Positions 1 to 7,992 of a DNA stretch of 60,479 nt are shown here, in pieces; the first letter of the stretch is position 1; the number at the start of each line of letters is the position of its first letter. This DNA is from a virus (lineage: Duplodnaviria > Caudoviricetes): positions 1-60,479 of IMG/VR virus record IMGVR_UViG_3300031569_000005. The stretch is one strand, 5' to 3'. Below the pieces are notes generated by a model that saw nothing but the letters and a program-made list of their open reading frames with translations, ran no database searches and was not told the DNA's origin. The position numbers were made by a program, and so were the translations under genes.

Positions 1-1
1 T

Positions 2-583
2 AAATACAGAGCCTGTAACTGCTTGAGTTATTATAATCGGACTGCCAATTGTTATTGGAGATAATCCTTCTAGTCTTCCAAATGATCCTGTAAATGCTTT
101 TACTATTCCACTACTACTTATATTACCAGATGAAGTAATATTAGTATTAACAAATAATCCACTATTTTGAGATATGGATGCTGTTGCAGTACCTGATGAT
201 ATTTGAGATAAATTTAATCCTATTATACTAGTTGATGGTACATTTGTTAATCCACTACCATTACCAAAAAACGATCCACTAAATGATCCCGATACTCCGC
301 CTTCAGATAAAGAAAAATCTACATTTCCAGAACCTGATACAAATATAGATCCTGTAACTATAACACCGGAGTTATTAGATACGGTTCCCGGAGGTCCTAT
401 TGCTCCATCTGCTCCAGCTGGTCCTATACCGCCTGTCGCGCCTACAGCTTGTATTTCAACGTTAGGATTATTAAAAGGAGTTACTGTAACTATATTACCG
501 GTATTGTTGTTTGTAATAGTGAGTGTATGTGTAGGTTGTGATATACTTATTTCACTAATATTTTTAGTAACAGATGTACTCAT
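2..583 (-). CDS. Partial (runs off window) virion fibre/structural protein with a short collagen-like G-X-Y run
   Basis: Not in ORF track. Manual translation from ATG at 583: MSTSVTKNISEISISQ...GATGGIGPAGADGAIGPPGT...SGSFSGSFFGNGSGLTNV; appears open towards the window edge. Confidence 0.75.
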   Translation of the reverse strand, partial: MSTSVTKNISEISISQPTHTLTITNNNTGNIVTVTPFNNPNVEIQAVGATGGIGPAGADGAIGPPGTVSNNSGVIVTGSIFVSGSGNVDFSLSEGGVSGSFSGSFFGNGSGLTNVPSTSIIGLNLSQISSGTATASISQNSGLFVNTNITSSGNISSSGIVKAFTGSFGRLEGLSPITIGSPIIITQAVTGSVF

Positions 584-584
584 T

Positions 585-986
585 TTATATAGTTGTTACT
601 TGTTTATTTAATTGTATTTGCCCTTGCAATAATCTAATTTTCTCAGGGCCATTTGTTAGTTCTAAATCATAAGATGCTTCACCAAAATTGAAATCATTAG
701 TGATAGCATGTCCTAAATATACTCCTAAACTACCAGAGGTTGGGGAAGTTACTAAATCACTTCCTCGTAAACTTATATAAGATCCGGAGACATTTTTAAT
801 AGGAATATTACCTGAACTGCCTGTTAATGATGCATATGTGGTATTTCCGCCTGGGGCATTTTTTATTTGCATTGATGCAGAATATCCTGTTAAATCAATT
901 CTTGTCCCGGCCGGGGTTTTATAGATGATATCAAAATCGACGGTTGCGCCTTGATCTATTGTGAAAGAATATCTTCCTGCTGCCAT
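585..986 (-). CDS. Small virion structural protein (Ig-like/BppU-like adaptor)
   Basis: FTIDQGAT...IDLTGYSASMQIK...YDLEL...RLLQG pattern typical of small structural proteins of large T4-like phages; preceded by SD and late motif. Confidence 0.55.
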   Translation of the reverse strand: MAAGRYSFTIDQGATVDFDIIYKTPAGTRIDLTGYSASMQIKNAPGGNTTYASLTGSSGNIPIKNVSGSYISLRGSDLVTSPTSGSLGVYLGHAITNDFNFGEASYDLELTNGPEKIRLLQGQIQLNKQVTTI

Positions 987-999
987 AGTATCCTTTTCT

Positions 1000-1008
1000 T
1001 ATAAATAT
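1000..1008 (-). promoter_or_regulatory. Putative late promoter ATATTTATA
   Basis: Recurrent motif 13 nt upstream of ATG 986, just downstream of the capsid-gene terminator. Confidence 0.65.
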
Positions 1009-1029
1009 GTTAGAGTTTGACATTACAGT

Positions 1030-1055
1030 AAAAAAGGAGGCCGAAGCCTCCCTTT
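1030..1055 (-). terminator. Rho-independent terminator after the major capsid gene
   Basis: Minus strand GGAGGC-TTCG-GCCTCC-TTTTTT: 6-bp GC stem, C(UUCG)G tetraloop, U-tract. Confidence 0.9.
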
Positions 1056-1084
1056 ATTTTAGTTACTAATTAATTAATTAATAA

Positions 1085-2794
1085 TTATATAGTGTCTAAT
1101 GCAGATACATAGATCTTACCGTAGAATTCTGGTCTTACCATTTTCTTCGCATATCTAGTCATTACACCTTTTCTTGGAGTAAAGTTATCTGGATCGTATA
1201 CCAATGGAGTCATAATCAAAGGTACATACGGAGCATAAACAGCACCTGTTTCTAGGAACTGTGATCCTCTATATCCCATTAATATAGCATTCTCAGTCAT
1301 ATAAGGATTCTTATAAACTTGGAATCTATTATTAATAGCACCTACTTTTTGAACACCCATTGCAAATTGCATTTGATCGCCATCCGTATCAGCAGCATAT
1401 CCTGGAATTGATTCCAAAATTGTTGCTACAGTTGGAGAACATACCAAGAAATTAGCTCCACCTCTTAATGTTAATTGGTGTATTTTATTACTAACTTTTT
1501 GTACTTTTGTTCCTAAAGTTTGGAACCATGTACCTTGGTTGTATGCTTGAGCAGTTGCATTTGATTGGACAAAGCTATTATTAGCAGAATCAAATTCAAA
1601 TCCAACTTTTGCAGACCATCTATCAACAGTTTGAGCATTTTGCATCAACATGTCTAATATCTCTAAATCAATTTCTTGCGAAATATATTCAGATAACATA
1701 GAAGTTAATTCAGCTTCAGCATCAATTGAATGATAAGCATTTAAATCTTGAGCAAATTCTGGACTCCAGATTGCTTTTAATTTTCTTGTCTTAGCAACTA
1801 TTGCTTCACTTCTTAACTCTAGGTTAATTTCTGGTATATCTAATTTAGTAGATGAATCAGTGTTATTACCAACTGCAGACGGATCTTCAAAATCACCTCT
1901 TGAAGAATCTGATGGTGCTTTTTGGTAAATTACTTGGATTGGGCCAGCAACAGCAGGAGTAGCAGCAGTTTCAATTAAGAAATGTATATGATCTCCGTTT
2001 TGCTCATCCAATCTTGTAAATTCTGGATATACTGTTGTAATACCTGTTCCAATAACATTAAAGGCTCTAATACCTTTAGCATCATATCCAGTTATTCCTG
2101 AAGTTGGGACAGATAATACTTGTGTCTTTTTACCAACAAGTGATGCAGATAATTCAGAATTGTAATTAGTAAAATAATTAAATCCAGCTTGATTTCCTGC
2201 GCCTTTGTTAGTAAATACACCAGTTCCAGCAGCTATAGAACCTGTTTTAGCAGCAGCTGATCCAAGAACTAATGATGAAGTTACATCATTAATAGAATAT
2301 CCAAATCTTCCAGCGCCATATAGACCCTCAGAAGGAGCAGATGTTCCTCTATCTTTATCAGTTACACCAAATACAGAATCAGTCTGTGATGTTCTTCCGG
2401 CACCAGTAATAAAATCATTACCAGCAGCAGTTCCACCTTTTGCAATACCTTGCTTAGTTCCGTATTTGAAATCTAAGAAAAATACTAGACCTGATGGCAG
2501 GTTCATTGGTTGCACAGATACAAAATCTTTAGCTGCTATTTCAGCAAAGATTCTTCTTACTAATGGAAGGGCTACACCCGACCATTGTTCTGCATTTCCG
2601 TCAGTACCAGTAGCATTTGCTTCTGTTACTAATTGCTTGGCTTGGTTCTCTAAAAGAACAGCCATGCCTCGTCTCTCAATCTCAGTATCAATTCCTTCTA
2701 ACAGTCCGGTCTTTTCCCATTTGCTTTCTAAGCCAATAGCAACCTCTTGTTGAGTTGATTGATGATTATGAGGTAATAAAGAATTTACATTCAT
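1085..2794 (-). CDS. gp23: Major capsid protein (T4 gp23 family)
   Basis: KWEKTGLLEG, AVLLENQ, VQPMNLPSGLVF, KTRKLKAIWSPEFAQDL, YAPYVPL, PRKGVMTRY motifs; probable maturation site LVTE; SD AAGGA. Confidence 0.97.
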   Translation of the reverse strand: MNVNSLLPHNHQSTQQEVAIGLESKWEKTGLLEGIDTEIERRGMAVLLENQAKQLVTEANATGTDGNAEQWSGVALPLVRRIFAEIAAKDFVSVQPMNLPSGLVFFLDFKYGTKQGIAKGGTAAGNDFITGAGRTSQTDSVFGVTDKDRGTSAPSEGLYGAGRFGYSINDVTSSLVLGSAAAKTGSIAAGTGVFTNKGAGNQAGFNYFTNYNSELSASLVGKKTQVLSVPTSGITGYDAKGIRAFNVIGTGITTVYPEFTRLDEQNGDHIHFLIETAATPAVAGPIQVIYQKAPSDSSRGDFEDPSAVGNNTDSSTKLDIPEINLELRSEAIVAKTRKLKAIWSPEFAQDLNAYHSIDAEAELTSMLSEYISQEIDLEILDMLMQNAQTVDRWSAKVGFEFDSANNSFVQSNATAQAYNQGTWFQTLGTKVQKVSNKIHQLTLRGGANFLVCSPTVATILESIPGYAADTDGDQMQFAMGVQKVGAINNRFQVYKNPYMTENAILMGYRGSQFLETGAVYAPYVPLIMTPLVYDPDNFTPRKGVMTRYAKKMVRPEFYGKIYVSALDTI

Positions 2795-2807
2795 TGTTTT
2801 CCTTGTT

Positions 2808-3806
2808 TTATTTTAAATTTGCTAATTTTTTCCATCTTGCAGCTAACTGATTTCCTTCAGAAAGAATTTCTTTCTTTGGAGCAGTAGATCTACTTGGTTT
2901 GGAAGCATAGCTTTCTTTTATCGAACGTTTTGTTTTAGTACCCACAAATGATTCACTCAAAGTAGTAAAAATCAATTTCACTTCTCTTAAATTAGAAGCT
3001 CTATCAAAGTTTTCAATAACTTTCATTTTTTGTGATTCGTTTAACGGATAATTTCTAAACAATTTGTTCGAAAATAGTAATTTTGCATTTAAAAGATTGA
3101 CTTCATTAATTTTAGATTTCAAAAATTTAATAACAGTATAAGCTTCTTTAAGGTCTTTATCACCTTCTTCTTCTTCTTTTGTCATTTCTTTTTCGTCTTC
3201 TTCTTTAACTGTATCTTTATCGTCACCTTCTTCTTCAGTCAATGCACTGATGATTTCATCTATAGAAACGTTGTCATCCTTAGGATCCATTTCTTCAGTT
3301 TCCATATCAGTATTTTCTTCTTCAGATAATTTACCTTCGCCTGGATCTTCTGTATGAGTTTCGGATGCATCATCGCTAACACCTAAAGTAGAACCGATAT
3401 CAGAAGAATCTAATTCTTCAGTTTCAATTTCCTTTTCTAGTTCAGCAATAATAGATTCGAGCTCTAAGGCGTCATCATTCTTAGTATCTTCCATGTCTTC
3501 ATCCATTTTAGGATCCATTTTAGGATCTTCCATGTCTTCGTCCACTTTAGAATCGTCAGAATAATCACCTTCCATCGGTAGGTTATCATCATCAATAGTT
3601 TCCATAGACATATCCATATCCGGCTCTTCAGCAGGCATTTCCATGTCCATTTCATCATCCATTCCTTCTTCTTCTGAAAGTCTGGCTGATAACATTGATT
3701 GTAGTCTTGGGGTAAACGCTTCTTCTAATGCAACTTTTGCATTCGCTAGTGCAGTTTCCCTTACGGCTTTTGCATCTGCAATAGCGTCTTTTAATAAATC
3801 GTTCAT
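2808..3806 (-). CDS. Prohead scaffold/core protein (gp22-like role)
   Basis: Very acidic low-complexity middle, coiled-coil ends, C-terminal RWKKLANL, immediately upstream of the capsid gene; many L/I/V-x-E sites. Confidence 0.8.
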   Translation of the reverse strand: MNDLLKDAIADAKAVRETALANAKVALEEAFTPRLQSMLSARLSEEEGMDDEMDMEMPAEEPDMDMSMETIDDDNLPMEGDYSDDSKVDEDMEDPKMDPKMDEDMEDTKNDDALELESIIAELEKEIETEELDSSDIGSTLGVSDDASETHTEDPGEGKLSEEENTDMETEEMDPKDDNVSIDEIISALTEEEGDDKDTVKEEDEKEMTKEEEEGDKDLKEAYTVIKFLKSKINEVNLLNAKLLFSNKLFRNYPLNESQKMKVIENFDRASNLREVKLIFTTLSESFVGTKTKRSIKESYASKPSRSTAPKKEILSEGNQLAARWKKLANLK

Positions 3807-3947
3807 CGATTTTCCTCGTATTTAATTTTGGAGTAAGATTATTAGTAATCTTAATAAGAATTAATATAATATTCAGTGACCAAGTATTGATACTTAGTAT
3901 ATTTTATTAATAATATATATCAAGGAAGCAATGAAATATACCGGATT

Positions 3948-4196
3948 TTAATCGTTATCTTGAATGCTAGATATATATCTTGCTTTTTGTAGTTGTCTAC
4001 GTCTAGTTACAGATTTTTTTTGGTATTCTTTTTTTTCTTTTACTATATCTAAAATGCCAGAATCTTTTATTAACTTTTTCCAATGTTGTAGTGCATATGT
4101 TATATCACCATTTGGATTTCGTTTTGTTGATAATACCTTTGCACCTAATGCATGACCAGGTAGTGTCATCTGTATGTGTTTGTAATTTTTTCCCAT
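3948..4196 (-). CDS. rpsU: Phage-encoded ribosomal protein bS21
   Basis: DITYALQHWKKLIKDSGILDIVKEKKEYQKKSVTRRR matches the bS21 pattern (I..AL..FK......G....++...Y.KPS..RR); N-terminal extension; bS21 among head genes is known in large Bacteroidota phages. Confidence 0.85.
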   Translation of the reverse strand: MGKNYKHIQMTLPGHALGAKVLSTKRNPNGDITYALQHWKKLIKDSGILDIVKEKKEYQKKSVTRRRQLQKARYISSIQDND

Positions 4197-4221
4197 GTAA
4201 CTTTATTTTTATTATGTATAA

Positions 4222-4253
4222 CTAATATAATGATTTTATTTCAACTAACCAAA
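4222..4253 (-). promoter_or_regulatory. Host-type (Bacteroidota sigma-A, -33/-7) promoter for bS21
   Basis: TTTG-N20-TATATTAG versus consensus TTTG-N19-21-TAnnTTTG. Confidence 0.65.
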
Positions 4254-4254
4254 T

Positions 4255-4824
4255 TTATTTTAATCTTTTTGAATCTGTAGCTGTCATATGATCATTAAAT
4301 GCAGGTCCTTGATTATGTACTCCTGCCGTAAATTGATCTTCTTCAATTTTAGCGCCTGCCATTAAATCATCTTTATTAGAATTAGTTGAATCTGGTGCTT
4401 CCGGATTATGATTATCTTCAGAGAGAGCTCCATTAACATTATAATATCTGTTTAAAACTGTTCCCATATCATCGTATGCGGATTCTAATCTCTGTTGTAA
4501 TGAACTCATTTCGGTTGCCGTCTTCTCAAATACTTTGTACGCTTCATTCATTTGTTTCATATGCCTAGATACAGTTACATTATCAAACCAATGTTCTGAT
4601 TCTTGTAATGTTAATGCCTCTGCTTGTTGTACGATATTTTCTAATGTTTTGGTAACTTCTGTTAACTTTGCATTACTATATACCATTTCCCCTATTTCAT
4701 GGAAATTACCTACTGCAGAAAGAAAAGCTTTTTTATCTTCTTTCGGCATTTTTGGTGATTCTGTCTCTCCTAAATATTTTTCATTTAGGATATGATTCAT
4801 TAATTGATTTTCCCAGTTTTTCAT
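4255..4824 (-). CDS. Hypothetical head-associated protein
   Basis: 189-aa helical ORF in head cluster; N-terminal ...HILNE putative protease site. Confidence 0.6.
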   Translation of the reverse strand: MKNWENQLMNHILNEKYLGETESPKMPKEDKKAFLSAVGNFHEIGEMVYSNAKLTEVTKTLENIVQQAEALTLQESEHWFDNVTVSRHMKQMNEAYKVFEKTATEMSSLQQRLESAYDDMGTVLNRYYNVNGALSEDNHNPEAPDSTNSNKDDLMAGAKIEEDQFTAGVHNQGPAFNDHMTATDSKRLK

Positions 4825-4825
4825 A

Positions 4826-5119
4826 TTAACTATATCTTTCTAATGTTTTTATTAATCCATCAATGTTTTTCTTTGCTTGACTAATATATCGGCTCATTGA
4901 ATCTGATTGTTGATTATATGATACATCCTGTGTTGCAGTTGCTCTATTATCTAATTCCCTTGCCATTTCGTCTTCTAATGAATCTAATTGGTCGATTACC
5001 GTAGATAAGTCTTCAATATAACTTGATGCTAATTCTGTATCAGGTTCTTGATCAAATCCTATTTCGGGTGCTTCATGAAGCTTTTTTATTCCTTGTGCTA
5101 TTCCACTTAATTTTATCAT
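4826..5119 (-). CDS. Hypothetical protein, putative internal head protein
   Basis: MIKL...KKLHE leader resembling a capsid-targeting sequence; SD AAGGA. Confidence 0.55.
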   Translation of the reverse strand: MIKLSGIAQGIKKLHEAPEIGFDQEPDTELASSYIEDLSTVIDQLDSLEDEMARELDNRATATQDVSYNQQSDSMSRYISQAKKNIDGLIKTLERYS

Positions 5120-5126
5120 ATTATCC

Positions 5127-5420
5127 TTATGGTTTGTAATTAGAAAAATCTATTTCTGGGTGTTTCGGGTCATTACCAAATAAATCAACTGTTAATCCTG
5201 TTCCTCTTTTATTCGAAGAATTAAAAGGTCCAAATTTACTATTATGACTTGCCGATGATAAATCATTGAATGTCGTCAAATTCTTTTTGCCGCCTATTGT
5301 AGGATTACCTAATTGTGCATTTGCAACAGGATCAATATTAAATCCCAATATTGTACCGGTACCTTTTTGTTGTAGGCTATTTGTTGGGCCATATTCTGAT
5401 TTTAAATTTTCTAATGCCAT
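5127..5420 (-). CDS. Hypothetical protein with internal repeat
   Basis: SEYGPTNSLQQKGTG / SKFGPFNSSNKRGTG; SD AAGGGA. Confidence 0.55.
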   Translation of the reverse strand: MALENLKSEYGPTNSLQQKGTGTILGFNIDPVANAQLGNPTIGGKKNLTTFNDLSSASHNSKFGPFNSSNKRGTGLTVDLFGNDPKHPEIDFSNYKP

Positions 5421-5421
5421 A

Positions 5422-6027
5422 TTAAAATTCCCTTATTATTGTTGTAATTAAATTTTCTACTTTAGAATACCTTTGTTGTGCAAGTCTGTTTACTGATTCA
5501 TTTACAGGAGATAAAAAAGCTCCATGAGTCGATGGATTTGAAACAAAGTCAAATGCAACTAATTCAAAATCTGGTTGAACCTCTAATGTTTGACTTCCTT
5601 CGCGCATTACTTCCTTTACGGAACCCATTCCTCTAGATGAAATACCTAATCTTATTCCTGACTTAAATAATTCCTTTAAAATATTTCCAGATGGAGTTCC
5701 TAATACTTCTACTCTACCTACCAAATCATTTCCAGCCCAATTCATATCTAATATGTTATGTGACACATTATTTAAATTAACAACTGATGAATCTGGATGA
5801 TCTAATTCTCCTAAGGCTCTTCTTTCCTTAATAAATGTTCCAGCATATTTTTTTGCTTCACGCATTAATAAGTCTTTTGGATATACTCGTTCATTTTGAT
5901 TTTTTGCATCTGCTCTTTGCAATACACCTGATACAATTAATTTACCATTATTTTCTGTTAATGATTCATTAATTTGTTGTGGTGAAATTTCAAATACTGT
6001 ATAATCTACTAATAATTGTTTGCTCAT
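5422..6027 (-). CDS. gp21: Prohead maturation protease (T4 gp21 family)
   Basis: N.N.RVYP, ALGELDHP, VSH, GTPSG.I, GISSRGMGS, DFVSNPS catalytic motifs. Confidence 0.95.
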   Translation of the reverse strand: MSKQLLVDYTVFEISPQQINESLTENNGKLIVSGVLQRADAKNQNERVYPKDLLMREAKKYAGTFIKERRALGELDHPDSSVVNLNNVSHNILDMNWAGNDLVGRVEVLGTPSGNILKELFKSGIRLGISSRGMGSVKEVMREGSQTLEVQPDFELVAFDFVSNPSTHGAFLSPVNESVNRLAQQRYSKVENLITTIIREF

Positions 6028-6182
6028 TTTAGTCCTTGCATAAATAGTCCGGAGTTAATAAATTGCTGATGTTGATCCAAACGTTTTCTTTCGTCTGCAT
6101 ATAAGCGTGTTTGCCGTTCTAATGTTAAATCTTTATTTTCTTTAGCATTAACAAATTGTTTCCATGTTCTATTTGGGATCAT
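6024..6182 (-). CDS. Small hypothetical protein (52 aa, not in ORF track)
   Basis: MIPNRTWKQFVNAKENKDLTLERQTRLYADERKRLDQHQQFINSGLFMQGLK; fills the gap with 4-nt ATGA overlaps on both sides. Confidence 0.7.
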   Translation of the reverse strand: MIPNRTWKQFVNAKENKDLTLERQTRLYADERKRLDQHQQFINSGLFMQGLK

Positions 6183-6790
6183 TGTGATAATTCCTTAAGT
6201 CTATTTGCTATACGAACCATTCGTTCGTTAATTTTTGAAAATCTTTTTCCGGTGGACTTCCAAAAATGATTTGATTGGACTCCCATTTCTGTTTTCAATC
6301 TTAAATTGTTTGAAACAATTTTTTCCATTTCAGATAACATTTTATTAACTTCATTAATACCTCTGTTAACTTTTTGTGATGGAGTCGATGTAGGATCTTT
6401 TTTATAATCTCTATATGATACTTCATTAACAATACCATACATTTCAGACATCATTTTTTTGTAAGTAGATTTAGATTCCATTTTTTGTGTAGATGTCATT
6501 TTTTTAAATATACGATTTGTTTTTGGAACTTTTTTCATTCCACCTTGGTCTATGGTATCTTCATCTGCATCGCCAAATGCATATGGAGTTTGGTATCCAG
6601 GCACTGATGCCGTTGTACTCATTTCTTCTAACTCATCTTCATCCTTAACTGCTTTGGTAACAGCCTTTCTTCTTGCTTTAAGATATTTATCAGATGCATC
6701 AACATCGCCATCATTATCTATATCATCATCTTCTTTTCCTACTGGATCTAAAGCTTCAAAATATTTTTCTATTTCATCTAATAATTTCAT
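6179..6790 (-). CDS. Hypothetical head protein with EF-hand/dockerin-like Ca-binding loop
   Basis: DIDNDGDVDASDKYL motif; several L/I/V-x-E sites. Confidence 0.6.
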   Translation of the reverse strand: MKLLDEIEKYFEALDPVGKEDDDIDNDGDVDASDKYLKARRKAVTKAVKDEDELEEMSTTASVPGYQTPYAFGDADEDTIDQGGMKKVPKTNRIFKKMTSTQKMESKSTYKKMMSEMYGIVNEVSYRDYKKDPTSTPSQKVNRGINEVNKMLSEMEKIVSNNLRLKTEMGVQSNHFWKSTGKRFSKINERMVRIANRLKELSQ

Positions 6791-7095
6791 TATTGTTGCC
6801 TTTTTAATACATAAATTGCTTTTGCGTTAGAACTAACAACTTTTGTTGGAGATAATTCATATATAGTCCCTACTGATAAATGTGCTATATTTATTGATCC
6901 GCCTCCAGATAAAGTTATTGTTCCTGTTGCACTACTCTCTCCTACTATCACAGCACCATGACCATAATTAGATCCGGTGAAATTAACTGTTGTATTACTA
7001 ACTGTCGTTACTGATGTATATCGACCTGGATGTCCTAGTCTTTCAAAAACATTATAGTTGCTTCCAGATGCTGGCATTATATATGGTCCACTCAT
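6790..7095 (-). CDS. Small beta-rich hypothetical structural protein
   Basis: 101-aa S/T/G-rich ORF coupled to both neighbours. Confidence 0.55.
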   Translation of the reverse strand: MSGPYIMPASGSNYNVFERLGHPGRYTSVTTVSNTTVNFTGSNYGHGAVIVGESSATGTITLSGGGSINIAHLSVGTIYELSPTKVVSSNAKAIYVLKRQQ

Positions 7096-7931
7096 GAGTT
7101 ACCTGTCTTTTTAAGTTCATTAATAAGTTCATGATAACGAAGTATTGTTAATACATCTTTATCTTCTACAATATGTTTCTTGCTAAGATTACTCAATAAT
7201 TTAGCAACTTCCGTAATTTTTATTCTAACAACTTTACTAGCAATTTTTGTAGTATTTTTTAACAAATCTCGTTGTAATTTTTTTGTTTCTAATATAATAT
7301 ATTTTTTTAACTTTTCTGAATTAGTTACATTATTAATATATTCCCTTAGAACTTGTTTTTGTTTTAATGATAAGGTAGAATACTTTTCATTAAATTTATC
7401 AATAATCATTTTTGATGCTAATATACGTATATCATTGTTTTCAGAAACTAATGTGGTCTTAGCCGTTGGCTTAACTTTTCTTTGTATATATTCTACTACT
7501 TGATATTTAGTTTCAATATAATCCTTAGGATCATCTGCTTGAGCATATTCAAATAATTTGTAAACTGAAGCGTGAATTTTATAATCATGTACTCGTGATT
7601 TAAAAAATTCTTCAATAACAAATTGAGATTTTATATTTTTTATTAAATTATATTTCTCACGTTTTAATTGAGATTCATTAATTTTTTGTCTAGCCGTAAT
7701 AACTGCATCTACAAATTCTATAGATTTTTCATTCATATTGAATGTCTCTTCTTTTAAAGATCTATAAAGTTTTAATTCTGTTGTTAATTCAGAATTTTTT
7801 GTAAAGTGTTTTTTGATAATATTTAATGCCGGTGAGTTCTTGTTAGACATAGTATCGCTTGCTACCTGTCTTACCAATAGTTCGAAAACTAATCCGGTAT
7901 TTTTTACTTTCGAGTGTTTTAATCCATTCAT
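7092..7931 (-). CDS. Hypothetical helical protein downstream of the portal gene (possible prohead core component)
   Basis: 279 aa, KHSKVKNTGLVFELLVRQ start; position in head module. Confidence 0.6.
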   Translation of the reverse strand: MNGLKHSKVKNTGLVFELLVRQVASDTMSNKNSPALNIIKKHFTKNSELTTELKLYRSLKEETFNMNEKSIEFVDAVITARQKINESQLKREKYNLIKNIKSQFVIEEFFKSRVHDYKIHASVYKLFEYAQADDPKDYIETKYQVVEYIQRKVKPTAKTTLVSENNDIRILASKMIIDKFNEKYSTLSLKQKQVLREYINNVTNSEKLKKYIILETKKLQRDLLKNTTKIASKVVRIKITEVAKLLSNLSKKHIVEDKDVLTILRYHELINELKKTGNS

Positions 7932-7960
7932 TGAAGCATCCTAATAGTCTACATGTTTTA

Positions 7961-7969
7961 AATAAATAT
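7961..7969 (-). promoter_or_regulatory. Putative late promoter ATATTTATT
   Basis: Motif copy upstream of ATG 7931. Confidence 0.6.
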
Positions 7970-7992
7970 GTATTGATCCGTAATTCATATCA

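Noticed and set aside
3484-3550. Short tandem repeats in the scaffold gene, considered as a CRISPR-like or regulatory array
   Set aside because: They simply encode DEDMEDPKMDPKMDEDMED low-complexity protein; no spacer structure
3464-3658. Alternate-frame minus ORF (MMKWTWK...) inside the scaffold gene; similarly 21114-21296
   Set aside because: By-product of repetitive acidic or Gly-Ala codons; no start signals
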